Assembly: GCA_965208945.1 (NCBI GenBank)
Contig: OZ242366.1
Span: forward strand, 2,195,827 to 2,259,826
Reading direction: 5' to 3'
Length of the DNA: 64,000 nt
DNA from: Bryobacterales bacterium
Lineage (GTDB): Bacteria > Acidobacteriota > Terriglobia > Bryobacterales > UBA6623
Positions 1 to 9,119 of the stretch are shown piece after piece; position 1 is the first letter of the stretch, and every line of letters begins with the position of its first letter. The notes under the pieces were generated by a model, which worked only from the letters and a program-made list of their open reading frames with translations, searched no databases and had not been told where the DNA came from. A program made the translations under genes and the position numbers.

Positions 1-12
1 CATTGCCTGCCG

Positions 13-3000
13 GTGCAGATGCTGGTGATCGGCTTGTTGTGGTTGGGGGTCACGGCTCTCGCGCACGCGCAGCAAGTCCGGTCGTCCCCGTCGGGAGGCG
101 GCGAGCAGCACGCTCGGCGGATGGCCCAGGGCATGGAGCTGTTCAAGCGCGAGGTGCGGCCGCTGCTCAACGAACGCTGCCTGGTCTGCCATGGCGGCGC
201 GCAGTCGCTGGGCGGCTTTGATCTCTCGAGCCGCGAGTCGCTGCTCAACAGCGGAAAAATAGGCGCATCGGCCGACTCGAGCCGGCTGTTGAAGCTGATT
301 CGGCACGAGCAGGAGCCCCACATGCCGTTTCAGCAGCCGAAGCTGCCTGAGCAGGCGATCGACGGCATCGCGCGCTGGATTGAACTCGGCGCGCCGTACG
401 ACAAGCCATTGATCGATAAGCCCGTCGAAGTCCAGCCCGCCGAAGTGACCGCGGCGGATCGCCGGTTCTGGTCTTTCCGGCCGCTCGCCCGCAGCGAGCC
501 GCCGGCCGGCCAGCAGAGCTGGTCTCGAACCCCCATCGACCGGTTCATCCTGCGGAAGCTCCATCAAAAAGGATTGACCCCGAGTCCGGAAGCCGACCGC
601 AGGACCCTGATTCGGCGGGCCTTTCTGGACGTGTTGGGCCTTCCTCCCGATCCGGATGAGGTCGACGCGTTCGTCGAGGACCGATCGCCCGGCGCCTACG
701 AGAAGCTCGTCGACCGTTTACTCTCGTCGAAACATTTCGGTGAGCGCTGGGCTCGGCACTGGATCGACATCGCGCGATTCGCCGAGAGCTACGGTTTCGA
801 AAGAGACTACGAACGGCCCTATGCCTATCACTATCGCGACTTTCTCATCAAGGCCTTCAATCGCGACATGCCCTACGACCGGTTCGTGCGCTGGCAATTG
901 GCGGGAGACGAGTTGGCGCCGGACAACCCATTGGCATTGATGGCGACGGGGTTTCTGGGAGCGGGCGCCTTCCCCACGGAGATCACCGAGCACGAGTTCG
1001 AAACCGTACGCTACGACGAGCTGGACGACATGGTGAACACGACCGGCACGGCGATGCTGGGCTTGACCATCGGTTGTGCTCGTTGTCATGACCACAAATA
1101 CGATCCCATCCCGACGCGGGACTACTACCGCCTGGCTTCGGTTTTCGGACACACGATTCGCACGGAGATCGACTACGACCCGGCGCCCGACGCTTCCCGG
1201 GCGGCGATGGAGCAATGGGAAGCCGAGCACCGTGAGCTCGTCGCCGCTCGCGGGGAATACGAGCAGCGGCGGCTGGCGGAACCGTTTGAGCGGTGGCTGC
1301 AGAACCTCGACGGCCTGCCTTCCGAAGACCCTTGGCGCGTGCTGGACTTCACCGAGTATCAGTCGAAGGAGGGCGCGACGCTCGAGAAGCTGGATGACGG
1401 GTCGATCCTGGCGTCGGGCGAGTTTCCGGACCTTGACGAGTACACCTTGACTGCGGACGTGCAGGCCCGGGACATCCGCGCGCTGCGGGTCGAGGCGCTC
1501 ACGCACCCGTCGTTTCCCAACAACGGCCCCGGACGCTCGCGCGGCCGGTTCGTCATGACGAGTTTGAAAGCGACGGTCCAACCGCTCGCCGACCCGGATG
1601 CCGAACCCGTCAAGCTGAAGTTCGTTTCTACGTGGACCACAGACCCTGCGGATCCGGACGCCGAGCCGCCGCCGGCTGGATCCGGCGCGAACGTTGCCGA
1701 CAGAGGTTGGAGACCGGGCGCGGAATCGGCCGGACGGGATCAGGCGGCCGCGTTCACGCTCGCCGACCCCGTCGGATTCGAAGGCGGCGCGAGGCTGACG
1801 ATCAAGCTGAACTTCGGCAAGCTCATCCAATGCAGCTTGGGGCGGACTCGAATATCGATCTCCGGCGAACCGAAGCCGCCGCTGCTTCTCGGCTCGGGTG
1901 TGCCGCAGCCGGTGGTCGAAGGCATGGACGTGGTCGGGCGTGAAGGCCCAAGCGGCCTCTCCGAGCCTCAGCGCACGGCTCTGCTGCGGTTCTTTGCGCG
2001 CTCCGACGCCGCTTGGCGGCAACGGGACCGGGCGGTGCAGTCGCACCTTCTCGAACGGCCGATTCCGACGAAGACCAAGATCCAGGTCACCTCCGAGGGG
2101 TATCCCATTCCCAGGCACAACTCGAATGGCAACGGCTACCCGCATTTCTACAAGCAGACGCACTTTCTCAAGCGCGGAGACGTGAGCCAGAAGGAAGCGC
2201 CGGCGAACCCCGGTTTTCTCGGAGTGCTCATGCCCGAGGGAGGTGACGCGAGGACTTGGCTCGCCGCCGCTCCCCAAGGATGGGAGCGCACGAGTTTCCG
2301 GCGAGCTTCCCTGGCGAATTGGATCACCGATGTGGACCGCGGCGCTGGCGTGCTGCTGGCCCGCGTTATCGTGAACCGGCTCTGGCATTACCATCTGGGC
2401 CGCGGGATCGTCGCCACGCCCAGTGATTTCGGACGACAGGGCGACCCGCCGTCCCATCCTGCGCTTCTCGATTGGCTGGCGCGGGATCTCATCGAACACG
2501 GCTGGCGGCTCAAGCGGCTGCACAGGATGATCATGACGAGCGCCGTGTACCGTCAGAGCGCCGCCTACGATGCGGAGAAGGCCGCGGCGGACGTGAACAA
2601 CGTCTACCGCTGGCGCTGGACCCCGCGGCGTCTTGAAGCCGAGGCCATACGCGACTCGCTGCTGACCGTCTCCGGCTTGCTCGACCGCACCATGTACGGC
2701 CCCGGGGCGATGCGTTCCGACATGCGCCGCCGCAGCGTCTACTTCTTTATCAAGCGCGCCGATCTGATTCCGATCATGATGCTCTTTGACTGGCCGGAGC
2801 AACTGGTGGGAATCGGGCGGCGGCCGTCCACGACGATCGCGCCTCAGGCTCTGATGTTTCTCAACAGCCCCCAGGCTCGACGCTACGCCGAGGGCCTCGC
2901 CCGGCGGCTGGATGGCTTCCAGGGGCGCCGCGCGGTTCAACAGGCTTACCGCATCGCGTACGGAAGGACGGCGGACGCCGATGAGCTTGCGGCTGCCGAG

Positions 3001-3123
3001 GAGTTTCTGGGCCGGCAGCGCCGGTCCTACGAGAGTGAAGGGCGGTCGGACGCCTCGACTCTGGCCCTCACGGATTACTGTCAGGCGCTGCTGGGTTTGA
3101 GCGAGTTCCTCTACATCCGCTGA
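13..3123 (+). CDS. PSCyt1/DUF1549/DUF1553 (PSD1) family secreted protein with two CxxCH motifs
   Basis: 1036-aa ORF with a signal-peptide-like N-terminus (MQMLVIGLLWLGVTALAHA). Carries CLVCHGG and IGCARCHDHKYDP motifs. Followed by a DUF1501 gene, the usual partner for this family. Confidence 0.9.
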   Translation: MQMLVIGLLWLGVTALAHAQQVRSSPSGGGEQHARRMAQGMELFKREVRPLLNERCLVCHGGAQSLGGFDLSSRESLLNSGKIGASADSSRLLKLIRHEQEPHMPFQQPKLPEQAIDGIARWIELGAPYDKPLIDKPVEVQPAEVTAADRRFWSFRPLARSEPPAGQQSWSRTPIDRFILRKLHQKGLTPSPEADRRTLIRRAFLDVLGLPPDPDEVDAFVEDRSPGAYEKLVDRLLSSKHFGERWARHWIDIARFAESYGFERDYERPYAYHYRDFLIKAFNRDMPYDRFVRWQLAGDELAPDNPLALMATGFLGAGAFPTEITEHEFETVRYDELDDMVNTTGTAMLGLTIGCARCHDHKYDPIPTRDYYRLASVFGHTIRTEIDYDPAPDASRAAMEQWEAEHRELVAARGEYEQRRLAEPFERWLQNLDGLPSEDPWRVLDFTEYQSKEGATLEKLDDGSILASGEFPDLDEYTLTADVQARDIRALRVEALTHPSFPNNGPGRSRGRFVMTSLKATVQPLADPDAEPVKLKFVSTWTTDPADPDAEPPPAGSGANVADRGWRPGAESAGRDQAAAFTLADPVGFEGGARLTIKLNFGKLIQCSLGRTRISISGEPKPPLLLGSGVPQPVVEGMDVVGREGPSGLSEPQRTALLRFFARSDAAWRQRDRAVQSHLLERPIPTKTKIQVTSEGYPIPRHNSNGNGYPHFYKQTHFLKRGDVSQKEAPANPGFLGVLMPEGGDARTWLAAAPQGWERTSFRRASLANWITDVDRGAGVLLARVIVNRLWHYHLGRGIVATPSDFGRQGDPPSHPALLDWLARDLIEHGWRLKRLHRMIMTSAVYRQSAAYDAEKAAADVNNVYRWRWTPRRLEAEAIRDSLLTVSGLLDRTMYGPGAMRSDMRRRSVYFFIKRADLIPIMMLFDWPEQLVGIGRRPSTTIAPQALMFLNSPQARRYAEGLARRLDGFQGRRAVQQAYRIAYGRTADADELAAAEEFLGRQRRSYESEGRSDASTLALTDYCQALLGLSEFLYIR

Positions 3124-3184
3124 GAGGCTTTGATGATGCTTGATGCGCTTCGAACGCTGGCGGCTATGACACAATAGGCTCGAC

Positions 3185-4654
3185 GTGAAACGATCCCCAA
3201 TTCAGTCTTCGTCCGCGGCTCTTTCTCGCCGCGCCATGCTAGAGCGGTGCGGCATGGGTGTGGGAATGCTCGGTTTGACCAGCCTTCTCCACGAGGAAGG
3301 CCTGATCGCCGCCGACCCGGCCCAGGACCGCGCTCTCGACCCGCTGGCGCCGCGGGCCGCCCATTTCGCCCCCAAGGCCAGGAGCGTCATTTGGCTGTTC
3401 ATCAACGGCGGCCCGAGTCACATCGACACCTGGGACTACCGCCCCGCGCTCGCCAGGCACCATGGTCAGGAACTGGAGGGGTTCGACAAGTTCACCGGCT
3501 TCTTCTCGAGAGAGGTCGGCGCACTGATGAAGTCCCCGTTCCGGTTCTCCCCGCGCGGCCAGAGCGGCAAGATGGTGTCGGAAATCTTCCCGTACCTGGG
3601 TGAGCACGTCGATCGGATGGCCTTTATCCACTCCGGGCACTCCGATTCGAACAACCACTCGCCGGCCCTGTTCACGATCAACAGCGGACAGATGCGCATG
3701 GGCTATCCCTGTCTCGGCTCCTGGGTGACCTACGGGCTGGGGAGCGAGAGCCGCAATCTGCCGGGTTTCGTCGTCATGTCGGATCCCAAGAACCGCGGGC
3801 TCCCCAAAGGTAGCGCCGCCAACTGGAGCGCTGGCTTCCTTCCGGGCGTCTACCAGGGGACGTGGCTGCGACCCCGGGGCGAGCCGATCGAGAATCTCGA
3901 GCGGCCCGCCGTTCTCAACGACGACAGGCAGCGCGCGCAGCTCGACTTGATGGCGCGCCTCGGCGGCCGCGACCTCGAGCGGAACCCCTACGAGGCGGAG
4001 TTGGCCGCGCGTATCGAGAGCTTCGAGCTGGCCTACCGCATGCAGACGGCGGCGCCGGAAGCGTTGGATGTCGATCGCGAACCGCCCCGCATCCAGCAGA
4101 TGTACGGATTGCACGAGAAGCATTGCGGCCACATGGCGCGCCAGTGTCTCATGGCGCGGCGGCTGGTCGAATGCGGCGTGCGTTTCGTTCAGATCTACTC
4201 GGGCGGCATGGAGAACGCGCGCTCGTGGGACGGCCACCACGACATTCACGGCAATCACACGCAGTTCGCGGGTGAGACCGATCAACCGATGGCGGCGTTG
4301 CTGACCGACCTGGAGCAGCGCGGTTTGCTGGACGAGACGCTGGTGATTTGGGGCGGCGAGTTCGGCCGCCTGCCGCTTTCCCAGATCGGCGGCGCCAAAC
4401 CGGGCCGCGACCATAACCCCCACTGCTTTACGACATGGATGGCGGGCGGCGGCGTCAAAGGCGGCGTGTCCTACGGCGAGTCGGACGAATTGGGCCATCG
4501 GGCGGCGGTCGACAAAGTCTCGGTCAACGACTTTCACGCCACGATTCTCCACCTGCTGGGGCTCGACCACGAGCGCCTGACCTACAAGTACAACGGCCGG
4601 CGGTTTCGACTCACGGACGTAGCAGGCCGGGTTCTGCACGAGATCATCGCTTAG
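3185..4654 (+). CDS. DUF1501 domain protein (sulfatase/alkaline-phosphatase-like), Tat-type signal
   Basis: 489-aa ORF. N-terminus SRRAMLERCGMGVGMLGL is twin-arginine-like. Conserved family blocks GGEFGR and RDHNP are present. Paralog of 39468-40862. Confidence 0.9.
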   Translation: MKRSPIQSSSAALSRRAMLERCGMGVGMLGLTSLLHEEGLIAADPAQDRALDPLAPRAAHFAPKARSVIWLFINGGPSHIDTWDYRPALARHHGQELEGFDKFTGFFSREVGALMKSPFRFSPRGQSGKMVSEIFPYLGEHVDRMAFIHSGHSDSNNHSPALFTINSGQMRMGYPCLGSWVTYGLGSESRNLPGFVVMSDPKNRGLPKGSAANWSAGFLPGVYQGTWLRPRGEPIENLERPAVLNDDRQRAQLDLMARLGGRDLERNPYEAELAARIESFELAYRMQTAAPEALDVDREPPRIQQMYGLHEKHCGHMARQCLMARRLVECGVRFVQIYSGGMENARSWDGHHDIHGNHTQFAGETDQPMAALLTDLEQRGLLDETLVIWGGEFGRLPLSQIGGAKPGRDHNPHCFTTWMAGGGVKGGVSYGESDELGHRAAVDKVSVNDFHATILHLLGLDHERLTYKYNGRRFRLTDVAGRVLHEIIA

Positions 4655-4801
4655 CAAGATCAGCTCTGGCCGCCCGCCCTCCGAGTTGTCTGGCTGGAGC
4701 TTGGCCCGGCGGTCTGCAAGCGAGTGTGTCGGTTCATGCCGGGCCGGTCTGCTGAAACGGAAGACACCGGGTCGAGGCGGACAGCGGTTGCATGCCACTA
4801 G

Positions 4802-4978
4802 CCTGCATTTCTCACCACCCGACGGACGAAGCACGCCATATGACCGCCAGGACTTCGTTGCGCTTGCTTGCCGTGCTCAACGTACGGTTCAAGTACGCCT
4901 GCGCGCGCCAAGCGGCTCGCGCCTCGTCCTGACGGCCCTCTCACGCACTTCGCCTCGCCACGTGGTGAGAAATGCAGG
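4802..4978 (-). mobile_element. MITE copy A (short subfamily, the only reverse-oriented copy)
   Basis: 17-bp TIRs cctgcatttctcaccac / gtggtgagaaatgcagg, with CTAG on both flanks (4798-4801 and 4979-4982). The interior is the reverse complement of the other copies. Confidence 0.9.
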
Positions 4979-5017
4979 CTAGTTTCCGTTAGAATCAGCG
5001 GGCTGCAGGGAGAGTCT

Positions 5018-5953
5018 GTGAAAAAGAATCTTGGGCCCCTGATCGGCTTGGCGGCGGTTTACCTGCTGTTTTGCCTGTGGGCGGGAGAGCCGTTCTACTC
5101 GAACTTCAACCGCGTCACGGTGTTGACGCAGAGCGTGATCGTGACGGCGGGCGCGCTGGGGATGACGCTGATCATCATCTCGGGCGGGATCGATTTAAGC
5201 GCCGGATCGGTGATTGCTCTGTCGACGGTGGTGATCGCGAAGCTGCTCGAAGCGGGCTGGTCTCCGCTTGCGGCGGCGGGAGCGGGAATCCTGATCGGCG
5301 GGGCGTGCGGCGCGGCGAACGGCTTGCTGATCACGCGCTTGAAACTGGTCCCGTTCATCATCACCCTGGGAACGTTGTTGGTGTTTCGAGGGACGGCGAC
5401 GGGGTTGGCGGACGAGCAGAAGATCGACGCGCCGATCACTTGGCTGAACACGATGTTGGCGAAGTTTCCCGAACCGGCCTGGCTGATCGTGGCGCCGGGA
5501 GTCTGGGCGACGCTGCTGCTTGCCGTCGTCGTGGCTCTGCTGCTGAGGAACACCGTGCTGGGACGGCATATCTTCGCGATCGGCTCGAATGAGAACACTG
5601 CGCGGCTGTGCGGGATTCGCGTGGAACGTGTGAAGTTGGCGCTGTACTCGCTGGCCGGGACGTTGATCGGTTTCGCGGGGTTGATGCAGTTCAGCCGGCT
5701 GACCGTAGGCGATCCAACAGCGGCGAAGGGGATGGAACTGGACATCATCGCTGCGGTCGTGATCGGCGGCGGAAGCTTGAGCGGCGGCGAGGGGAGCGTG
5801 ACGGGGTCGGTTGCGGGGGCGATGTTGATGGCGGTCATCCGCAACGGGCTGAGCATGAAGGGCGTTCCGAACTGGGTCCAGGATGTGTTGACGGGGTCGA
5901 TCATCGTGGCGGCGGTAACGATGGACCGGCTGCGGCATCGGTCCGGAGGATAG
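5018..5953 (+). CDS. ABC transporter permease, ribose/sugar (RbsC-like) type
   Basis: GTG start after gcagggagag. Multi-TM protein with blocks typical of RbsC-type permeases (GGIDLSAGS, IFAIGSNENTARLCGI). The upstream part of the ORF-track ORF (4868-5017) is MITE sequence. Confidence 0.85.
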   Translation: MKKNLGPLIGLAAVYLLFCLWAGEPFYSNFNRVTVLTQSVIVTAGALGMTLIIISGGIDLSAGSVIALSTVVIAKLLEAGWSPLAAAGAGILIGGACGAANGLLITRLKLVPFIITLGTLLVFRGTATGLADEQKIDAPITWLNTMLAKFPEPAWLIVAPGVWATLLLAVVVALLLRNTVLGRHIFAIGSNENTARLCGIRVERVKLALYSLAGTLIGFAGLMQFSRLTVGDPTAAKGMELDIIAAVVIGGGSLSGGEGSVTGSVAGAMLMAVIRNGLSMKGVPNWVQDVLTGSIIVAAVTMDRLRHRSGG

Positions 5954-6107
5954 GAATCGTAGGGTCCGTCGGATGGGCGGACGCGCGTCTGCAGGGGCTC
6001 GCGAGCCTCTCGTCTCACCCTGGCTCCCGACACGACGTTTCCCTCTTGCTGAAATCGCGGCATACTGAACATATCGCTTCTTTGGGGTTCTGGCCCCGGT
6101 TGTTTCC

Positions 6108-7118
6108 ATGGACGGCTGGCGTTCTCAGATCTTTATTGTCTTTTTGCTGATGACGGTCGTCCTCGCGGCGGGGACACTGGGCTTTCAGGCTGTGGAAGGC
6201 TGGTCGTTGTTTGACAGCTTCTATATGACGCTGGTCACTCTGACGACAGTCGGCTACGAAGAGATACACCCCTTGTCATTTCGCGGCCGCGTTTTTGCCT
6301 CGGTTCTGATGCTGGCCGGGGTGACTACGATCTTGGCGTCCATCACGATTTTGGGCGATATGATGCTGAAGCTCGAGTTGGGAGACGCCTTCGGGCGCCG
6401 GCGGAGGAGGATCATGCTCAAGAAGCTCTCCGATCACTACATTGTTTGCGGGGCGGGTCGGGTCGGCCGGAGCGTCGTGCGAGAGCTGAAGCGAAACGAA
6501 GCCGACGTGCTGCTCATCGAGTCGGATCCGGAGCGCGCGAAGTGGGGCGCGGATCAGGATGTGCCGACGCTGGTTGCGGATGCCACGCAGGACTCGACGT
6601 TGCGGACCGCTCAAATCGAGACGGCGAACGGACTCGTTGCCGCTGTGGACTCCGACGCGCAGAACGTGTACGTGACGCTGTCGGCCAGGGTGCTGAACCC
6701 GAACCTGTTGATCGCGTCGCGAGCAAGCAGTCGGGATGCGGCGGATCGGCTGCGGCGGGCGGGAGCGAATACGGTGTTCACGCCCTATGCGTTCATCGGA
6801 CATCGGCTGGCGCAATCGATGCTGCGGCCTCATGCGCTGAGCTTGCTCGATGTTGCGTCCGCGTTCGGGAACTCGACCGATCTGGACATCGAGGCTGAAG
6901 AGGTACGGGTTTCCGAATCGAGTCGCATGGTTTCCCTGACGCTCGATGAGTCGCGCATCAAGTCGGATCTGGGGGTGATCGTGCTGGCCGCCAGGAAGCC
7001 GGGCGGAGAGATGCAATTCAATCCCGCTGGAGATACGCGGATCGAAGCCGGCGGCGTGTTCATCGTGATGGGCGAGCGGTCGAACTTGAAGAAACTGGAA
7101 GAGATTCTGGAGAGCTGA
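6108..7118 (+). CDS. 2-TM K+ channel-like protein with RCK/TrkA-N domain (MthK-like), atypical filter TVGYEE
   Basis: Pore helix plus filter reads FYMTLVTLTTVGYEE. Rossmann motif IVCGAGRVG. C-terminal TrkA-C-like region. Confidence 0.85.
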   Translation: MDGWRSQIFIVFLLMTVVLAAGTLGFQAVEGWSLFDSFYMTLVTLTTVGYEEIHPLSFRGRVFASVLMLAGVTTILASITILGDMMLKLELGDAFGRRRRRIMLKKLSDHYIVCGAGRVGRSVVRELKRNEADVLLIESDPERAKWGADQDVPTLVADATQDSTLRTAQIETANGLVAAVDSDAQNVYVTLSARVLNPNLLIASRASSRDAADRLRRAGANTVFTPYAFIGHRLAQSMLRPHALSLLDVASAFGNSTDLDIEAEEVRVSESSRMVSLTLDESRIKSDLGVIVLAARKPGGEMQFNPAGDTRIEAGGVFIVMGERSNLKKLEEILES

Positions 7119-7119
7119 G

Positions 7120-8685
7120 TTGCAGCGCATATTGACGGCAGCGCAGATGCGGGAAGCGGACCGCGTCACGATTGAGGAGCGGGGCGTGCCGGGGCTGGTG
7201 CTCATGGAGAACGCCGGAGGCCGCTTGTACGAGCTGCTGGTGCGGTGTTTTTCTCCGTTGAGCGAGCAACACGTCGTCGTGCTTTGCGGCAAGGGCAACA
7301 ACGGCGGAGACGGCTTTGTGGTGGCGCGTCAAATTGCAACGCGGGTCGGCGCGGGGCGTTTGGAGGTTGTGCTGCTGGTGAACCCGGCGGAGTTGAAAGG
7401 AGACGCTGCGGCGAACTATCGGGCTCTCCGAGGGGTGGGCGTCGAGCCGAGGGTTGCGCCGGATGCCGCTGCTTGGCGCGAGATTCTACCTCGCCTCACG
7501 CCGGCTACGCTTGTGATCGATGCATTGCTGGGAACGGGGCTGCGCGGGCCGGCGAAAAGTCTCTTCGCGGAAGTCATCGCCGACGTCAACAGTGGCTTTC
7601 CGCACGCGAAGGTCGTGGCGGTGGACATCCCGTCGGGTATGCCTTCGGACACGGGTGAGCCTGTCGGGCCGGCTATGCGCGCCGACCACACGGTGACCTT
7701 TACGGCGCCGAAAGTAAGCCAGGTGTTTCCGCCGAATTGCGAGCGCATGGGCGATCTTGCCGTGGTCCCGATCGGGACGGCGAACGCGGTGCTCGATGCT
7801 TTGGAGGGTCCGTTGCTGGCGCTCGTCGAGGCGTCGGACGTTGGCGCTCTGTTCGTGCCGCGCGAGAAGTCTGCCCACAAGGGCAGCTATGGGCATGTGC
7901 TCGTGATCGGTGGGTCGAAGCCGAAGCCGGGAGCGGCGATGATGGCGGGAACGGCGGCTTTGCGAGCGGGAGCCGGCCTGGTGACCGTAGCGACGGCGGC
8001 GAGCGCAGCGCCGGCGATCGTTAGCGATAGGCCGGAGTTGATGACGCTGCCGGTCGCGGAGTTGGAAGACGGTTCGATGGGCGAGTCGGCGTTCAGAGAG
8101 AGTTGGCTTGAGGGAAAGACGGTCGCCGCTATCGGACCGGGGCTGGGGACGAGCGAGGAGAACCGCAGGCTGGTGGGCCGTGTCGTTCGCGAGGCGAATA
8201 TGCCGCTTGTCGTGGATGCGGATGGGCTCACGGCTCTGGCGGGCATCGTGGACTGGCGGGCGGCGAGTGGATTGGTCGTGTTGACGCCGCATCCAGGTGA
8301 GATGGCGAGGCTGACGGGGCTTACCAGCGCCGAAGTGCAGGGAAGGCGTGTTGAGGTGGCGCGATTGCTGGCCACCCAAAAGAAGGTCCACGTGGTGTTG
8401 AAAGGCTTTCGGACTCTGGTTGCTTCGCCCGACGGCGGTGTACTGGTGAATCCGACGGGCACGCCGGCGCTGGCCAAAGGGGGCTCGGGGGACGTGCTCA
8501 CGGGGATGGTTGCCGGTTTGCTTGCGCAATTCCCGGTGCAGCGGCCGGAGGTGGTGATCGCGGCAGCGGTGTATCTGCATGGGCTGGCGGCTGAGTTGGC
8601 GGTCGAAGAGGGCGGCGAGCAGACCTTGGCCGCAACGGATCTGTTGGACTACTTGCCGCGGGCGATTCGACGGGTAAGCTCCTGA
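7120..8685 (+). CDS. nnr: Bifunctional NAD(P)H-hydrate repair enzyme (epimerase + ADP-dependent dehydratase)
   Basis: 521 aa. YjeF N-terminal block (GKGNNGGDGFVVAR) and C-terminal carbohydrate-kinase block (GHVLVIGGS, KGGSGDVLTG). Confidence 0.9.
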   Translation: MQRILTAAQMREADRVTIEERGVPGLVLMENAGGRLYELLVRCFSPLSEQHVVVLCGKGNNGGDGFVVARQIATRVGAGRLEVVLLVNPAELKGDAAANYRALRGVGVEPRVAPDAAAWREILPRLTPATLVIDALLGTGLRGPAKSLFAEVIADVNSGFPHAKVVAVDIPSGMPSDTGEPVGPAMRADHTVTFTAPKVSQVFPPNCERMGDLAVVPIGTANAVLDALEGPLLALVEASDVGALFVPREKSAHKGSYGHVLVIGGSKPKPGAAMMAGTAALRAGAGLVTVATAASAAPAIVSDRPELMTLPVAELEDGSMGESAFRESWLEGKTVAAIGPGLGTSEENRRLVGRVVREANMPLVVDADGLTALAGIVDWRAASGLVVLTPHPGEMARLTGLTSAEVQGRRVEVARLLATQKKVHVVLKGFRTLVASPDGGVLVNPTGTPALAKGGSGDVLTGMVAGLLAQFPVQRPEVVIAAAVYLHGLAAELAVEEGGEQTLAATDLLDYLPRAIRRVSS

Positions 8686-9119
8686 TGCGGCGGCATTGGC
8701 GGACTTCTTCGCCGCGAGAGACGATGCTGGTGGGGGGCGCAATCGCCGGGGAATTGAAACCGCCTCAGTGGATTCTCCTGGTCGGGGATCTGGGCGCAGG
8801 GAAGACGACGTTCGCGAAAGGCCTGATCGGCGGTTTGGGGAGCGCTCCGGAGGATGAGGTGTTGAGTCCGACGTTTTCGTTGATTCATGAGTACGATGGG
8901 CCGCCGAAGGTGTATCACATCGACTTGTACCGGCTGGATCGCGTACAGGAACTGGAGACACTGGGGCTGGATGACATCTGGGATGAACCGGCCGTGGTGT
9001 TGATCGAGTGGGGCGAGAAGTTCGCCGATCAATTTCCGGACGAAGTGATGAGGATCGAGATTCGGGATTTGGGAGGCGATGATCGCGAAGTCGTGATCCG
9101 GAACGACGTCAACGCTTGA
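8685..9119 (+). CDS. tsaE: tRNA t6A37 biosynthesis ATPase TsaE
   Basis: 144 aa. P-loop GDLGAGKTTFAKG, SPTFSLIHEY, HIDLYRL. ATGA-type overlap with the nnr stop. Confidence 0.85.
   Translation: MRRHWRTSSPRETMLVGGAIAGELKPPQWILLVGDLGAGKTTFAKGLIGGLGSAPEDEVLSPTFSLIHEYDGPPKVYHIDLYRLDRVQELETLGLDDIWDEPAVVLIEWGEKFADQFPDEVMRIEIRDLGGDDREVVIRNDVNA

Noticed and set aside
718-3174. Long antisense or overlapping ORFs, for example 718-3174(-), 3239-4834(-), 16179-17789(-), 36142-38334(-) and 41494-43512(-).
   Set aside because: These are typical stop-poor shadow frames of high-GC genes. Their sequences are Arg/Pro/Gly-rich and low-complexity with no recognisable domains, and each overlaps a well-supported gene on the other strand.
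4868-5017. A recurrent peptide, [36 protein letters not shown], appears in many ORF-track ORFs (also at 11670-11912, 21208-22419 N-terminus, 27235-27626, 23282-23719 and others), suggesting a repeated small protein.
   Set aside because: It is simply the translation of the MITE. The frames differ between copies, indels break it, and the element is palindromic non-coding DNA.
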